NCBI GenBank assembly: GCA_965112635.1 | Contig: OZ218778.1 | Coordinates: 64,001-128,000 of the forward strand | Direction of reading: 5' to 3' | From: an uncultured bacterium | Lineage (GTDB): Bacteria > Oederibacteriota > Oederibacteriia > Oederibacteriales > Oederibacteriaceae | Length of the DNA stretch: 64,000 bases | Shown: positions 61,242 to 64,000 of the stretch, piece after piece | Position numbering within the stretch: position 1 is the stretch's first letter | Layout of the letters: each line of letters opens with the position of its first letter | Made by a program: the position numbers and the translations under genes | The notes under the pieces: generated by a model | The model's database searches: none | What the model saw: only the letters and a program-made list of their open reading frames with translations | Told to the model about the DNA's origin: nothing

Positions 61242-62024
61242 ATGAAAAAATCGTGCCTTATAGCCCTGCTTTTACTTTATCTGACCTGCTCCCCTTGTTT
61301 TGCCCTGCCTAGCCGGCCCCTTGGCTACGTAGGTGATTTCGCCGGCATCCTCGATGAAAGCACACGCCAGCAGCTCAACGATCTGATCACTGAGGTAGAG
61401 CAAAAAACTACGGCCGAGATCGCCGTGGCCACGGTCACTTCCCTGGAGGGCCGGAGCATCGAGGATTACAGCGTCGCACTCTTCAAAACCTGGGGCATTG
61501 GCAAAAAAGACAAGAATAACGGCGTGCTTCTGTTGGTGGCTCCCAATGAGAAAAAGGTCCACATCGAGGTCGGTTACGGCCTGGAACCCATCCTGCCTGA
61601 CGGTTTGTGTGGCGAGATCATCCGCCAAAATATAACCCCCTATTTTAAACAGGGGGACTTTGCCTCGGGTCTTCTGTCCGGTGTCCAGCAGATCAGCCAG
61701 GTTATTGTTAAAGGCGAACCCGCTTCAAATGGTTTAAAAACTCAAATCCTCTCTGACCCAATGCTGTTCAAACTTATATTTTTCGTATTTGTTTTTGTCA
61801 TCTATCTAGTTTCCAGGTTTTTACAGATGCTCGCTTACCGAAATACCCCTTACTACAAAAAATACGGCAGGCGTGGAGGATTTTTTTGGTTTGGAGGGCC
61901 GGGAGGTTTTATTGGTGGCTCCAGCGGTGGCTTTAGCAGCGGCGGCTTTGGTGGTGGCGGGTTTGGGGGCGGTGGTTTTGGCGGTGGCTTTTCCGGTGGC
62001 GGCGGTGCTAGCGGAGGGTGGTAG
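61242..62024 (+). CDS. TPM-domain (YgcG-like) membrane protein
   Basis: WGIGKKDKNNGVLLLVA..IEVGYGLE..PD; Gly-rich tail ending GGGGASGGW. Confidence 0.92.
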   Translation: MKKSCLIALLLLYLTCSPCFALPSRPLGYVGDFAGILDESTRQQLNDLITEVEQKTTAEIAVATVTSLEGRSIEDYSVALFKTWGIGKKDKNNGVLLLVAPNEKKVHIEVGYGLEPILPDGLCGEIIRQNITPYFKQGDFASGLLSGVQQISQVIVKGEPASNGLKTQILSDPMLFKLIFFVFVFVIYLVSRFLQMLAYRNTPYYKKYGRRGGFFWFGGPGGFIGGSSGGFSSGGFGGGGFGGGGFGGGFSGGGGASGGW

Positions 62025-62068
62025 CCCCTAACAACAGCCCATAAAAGAGGGCTCGAAAAAGCTCTGGG

Positions 62069-63439
62069 TTACTTTTGGTTCAGCTCCATGTCGATGACCA
62101 TTTTCTGAGCCACAGATTTCATGGCGCTGTCCATGGCGTCGTTTAGGATCTTCTTTCCGGTTTCCCCGCAAAAACTCTCCAGCTTATTGTTCGGTGAAGG
62201 CTCCTTGACCATCACGTCATAGGCGGGATAAAAAGGCAGCGCAATATTCTTGAACTGCTGTTCGTATTTCAGGGGATCAGGCCTTCCGCTGGGATTGGTA
62301 TACAGGTAGACCGTGTCGCTGAGGATTCCCTGGGTGGCTACATCGCTGAGCTTCGCCCGGACGGCCACCTCCACGCTGAAATTTCCAAGATCCTCGCATT
62401 CACGAAGCCTGACCTGCTGGACGGTGACCTCCAAAAGTCCCTTGGACCCGCGGGTCGCGGCCTCAACCATGGCGTTGGCCGTGGAAGTTATCGGCTCAAG
62501 GACGGCCCCGTTCGCACTGAAGGCAGCGCTCAGAACATCGTAGAGTTTGCTGGTGTAATCTGTCGCCGCAAAGTCCTTGTTCATGTCCTGGAGGCAGGGC
62601 TCCCATTTGCCCCTGTCCGCTTCACCGCCGAAATAACCGACCGTCGCGCCGACGGGCGTGTAAAGCCAGGTAAAAATATTCATAAACCCGCTGGAATCGA
62701 TGGTTTCCGAGGGTTTTTTGGGCCCCCAGCCCATGTTATGTTCGAGGCTGCGGTCCATCCAGGGGACCGGCTGCAGGCTTTTGACGCAGGACACGGAGGT
62801 CGCCAGCGGAAAAGTCGTGGCTTTTTTCAGGTCAATGGCTTCCGCGTAATGCTTCATCAGCACGGTGGTCATGACCCCAAAATCTCTGTAATCGTTGATG
62901 GCGACCTTTTTGGCTTCGTCCGTGTCGTCTGAGATGGTCCCCTGCAGAGCGCAGGACTCCAGCGTCCTTCCGACCAGCAAAGCCACGCTCGCGCACTCCA
63001 CTTGCACAGACCCGATATACTGGACCGGTTTTCCGGATTCCACAATGAACTGGAAACAAGGGAACGGCTTGTATTCATAATGGGAATGAAAAGGGTTGTG
63101 GTTCGCCCCGATCGGCGGAGCAATGGCCAGATAATAACTCCCCGGGGCCAGTACGATGTAGAACCAGCCTTTGTCCTTGCTGAGGGATTCCGGATAGGAA
63201 TTATCAAAAAGGGTGATCTGGGTTCCCTTATCTAAAGAGCCGAGGCCGATCTCCCAGGGTCCCTCCAGAACCTCGTTGACCTTTCCGTCCACCTTGGAGA
63301 TCAATTTGAACAGGACAATGGATTTCTTGTTTTCCATGATGGCGCTCTTGTCGTCAGCAGAAATGCCTGAGCAAAGCGCCGGATAGAGGCAAAGAAGCAG
63401 GCCCAACAGAATGAGCTTAAGGAAGGACAATCGTGCCAT
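62069..63439 (-). CDS. Hypothetical exported protein
   Basis: 456 aa, signal peptide, TGATG coupling to the tonB stop. Confidence 0.7.
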   Translation of the reverse strand: MARLSFLKLILLGLLLCLYPALCSGISADDKSAIMENKKSIVLFKLISKVDGKVNEVLEGPWEIGLGSLDKGTQITLFDNSYPESLSKDKGWFYIVLAPGSYYLAIAPPIGANHNPFHSHYEYKPFPCFQFIVESGKPVQYIGSVQVECASVALLVGRTLESCALQGTISDDTDEAKKVAINDYRDFGVMTTVLMKHYAEAIDLKKATTFPLATSVSCVKSLQPVPWMDRSLEHNMGWGPKKPSETIDSSGFMNIFTWLYTPVGATVGYFGGEADRGKWEPCLQDMNKDFAATDYTSKLYDVLSAAFSANGAVLEPITSTANAMVEAATRGSKGLLEVTVQQVRLRECEDLGNFSVEVAVRAKLSDVATQGILSDTVYLYTNPSGRPDPLKYEQQFKNIALPFYPAYDVMVKEPSPNNKLESFCGETGKKILNDAMDSAMKSVAQKMVIDMELNQK

Positions 63440-64000
63440 CACGATTCCTTCAGGGCGAACCGAACAGGCAGGATGAGCTCGGAACTCACGGCCAGGCCGA
63501 ACCGTTTCGCCGGTTCAAACACCCAGGTTTTGACCGCTTGCAGGGCGGCTTGATTGAGCACTTCATAACCGCTGGAACTGACGATAGTCACTTCCCCCAC
63601 CCGGCCGTCGGAAAGGACTTGCACCTTGAGTTTGACCAGGCCCTGCCATCCATTCTGCCGCGCGACAAGGGGATATTCAGGGACAGGGTTACCCTGCCCG
63701 GGCAGGGCATTGCTGGCTCCAGCGCCTTGAGCCTCAAAGTTTTGGGCCGCGCCCTGGAAATTTGCCATGGACTGCCCAATGACCTGCACAATGTCTGGCT
63801 GCCGGGAAGCGTGGCTCATGGCTTTTGCCGGGCCCAGGGAAGCGGGATTATAAAGCTCCACAGCGACAGGTTCGTTGACGCTGGACCTTGAAGCGCTGAG
63901 CCTGAGTGTGGCCGGCTGGTAGATCCAGGGCATCATCACCCATCCCAGCAGGGCCATGTGGAACAAGGCCGAACCAGCCAGGCAAAAATGCAGCCTGTAC
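63439..64000 (-). CDS. tonB: Energy transducer TonB (5'-partial)
   Basis: S..FH TM motif; C-domain PEYP..AR..GWQG.V...SSG...L..AAL.AV..W.FEPA; frame open to the window edge. Confidence 0.85.
   Translation of the reverse strand, partial: YRLHFCLAGSALFHMALLGWVMMPWIYQPATLRLSASRSSVNEPVAVELYNPASLGPAKAMSHASRQPDIVQVIGQSMANFQGAAQNFEAQGAGASNALPGQGNPVPEYPLVARQNGWQGLVKLKVQVLSDGRVGEVTIVSSSGYEVLNQAALQAVKTWVFEPAKRFGLAVSSELILPVRFALKES

Overview
Bacterial chromosomal window from a diderm (LptF/LptG, TonB, outer-membrane barrel). The lineage cannot be assigned from sequence alone. Left 16.2 kb: one uninterrupted minus-strand gene that is absent from the ORF track because it runs off the window edge. It encodes a >5,385-aa secreted protein of tandem ~100-aa IPT/TIG-like domains and has a near-perfect sigma54 promoter plus two tandem palindromic enhancer-like sites. 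Directly upstream lies a sigma54 two-component pair: a PD40-propeller/PAS histidine kinase and an NtrC-type activator, each broken by a +1 frameshift. Next come a propeller-HEAT-HEAT-propeller operon, dprE1/dprE2-like genes, and an AT-richer block carrying a MNT-HEPN toxin-antitoxin pair and two secreted proteins with T9SS-type C-terminal sorting domains; this block ends at tRNA-Gln. The right half is mostly housekeeping (gltX, guaA, guaB3-type IMPDH, comM, smpB, rnr, tRNA-Leu, lptF/G) but also has a SprA/Sov-like T9SS translocon gene, a GT-C/Agl23-like membrane protein, a TPM protein and tonB. Best leads: (1) a T9SS-like export system with its cargo; (2) a sigma54 circuit apparently dedicated to a giant adhesin, with both regulators frameshifted; (3) the same anti-T-arm/3'-end-duplication architecture behind both tRNAs. 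All family assignments come from recognising motifs by eye, not from database searches.
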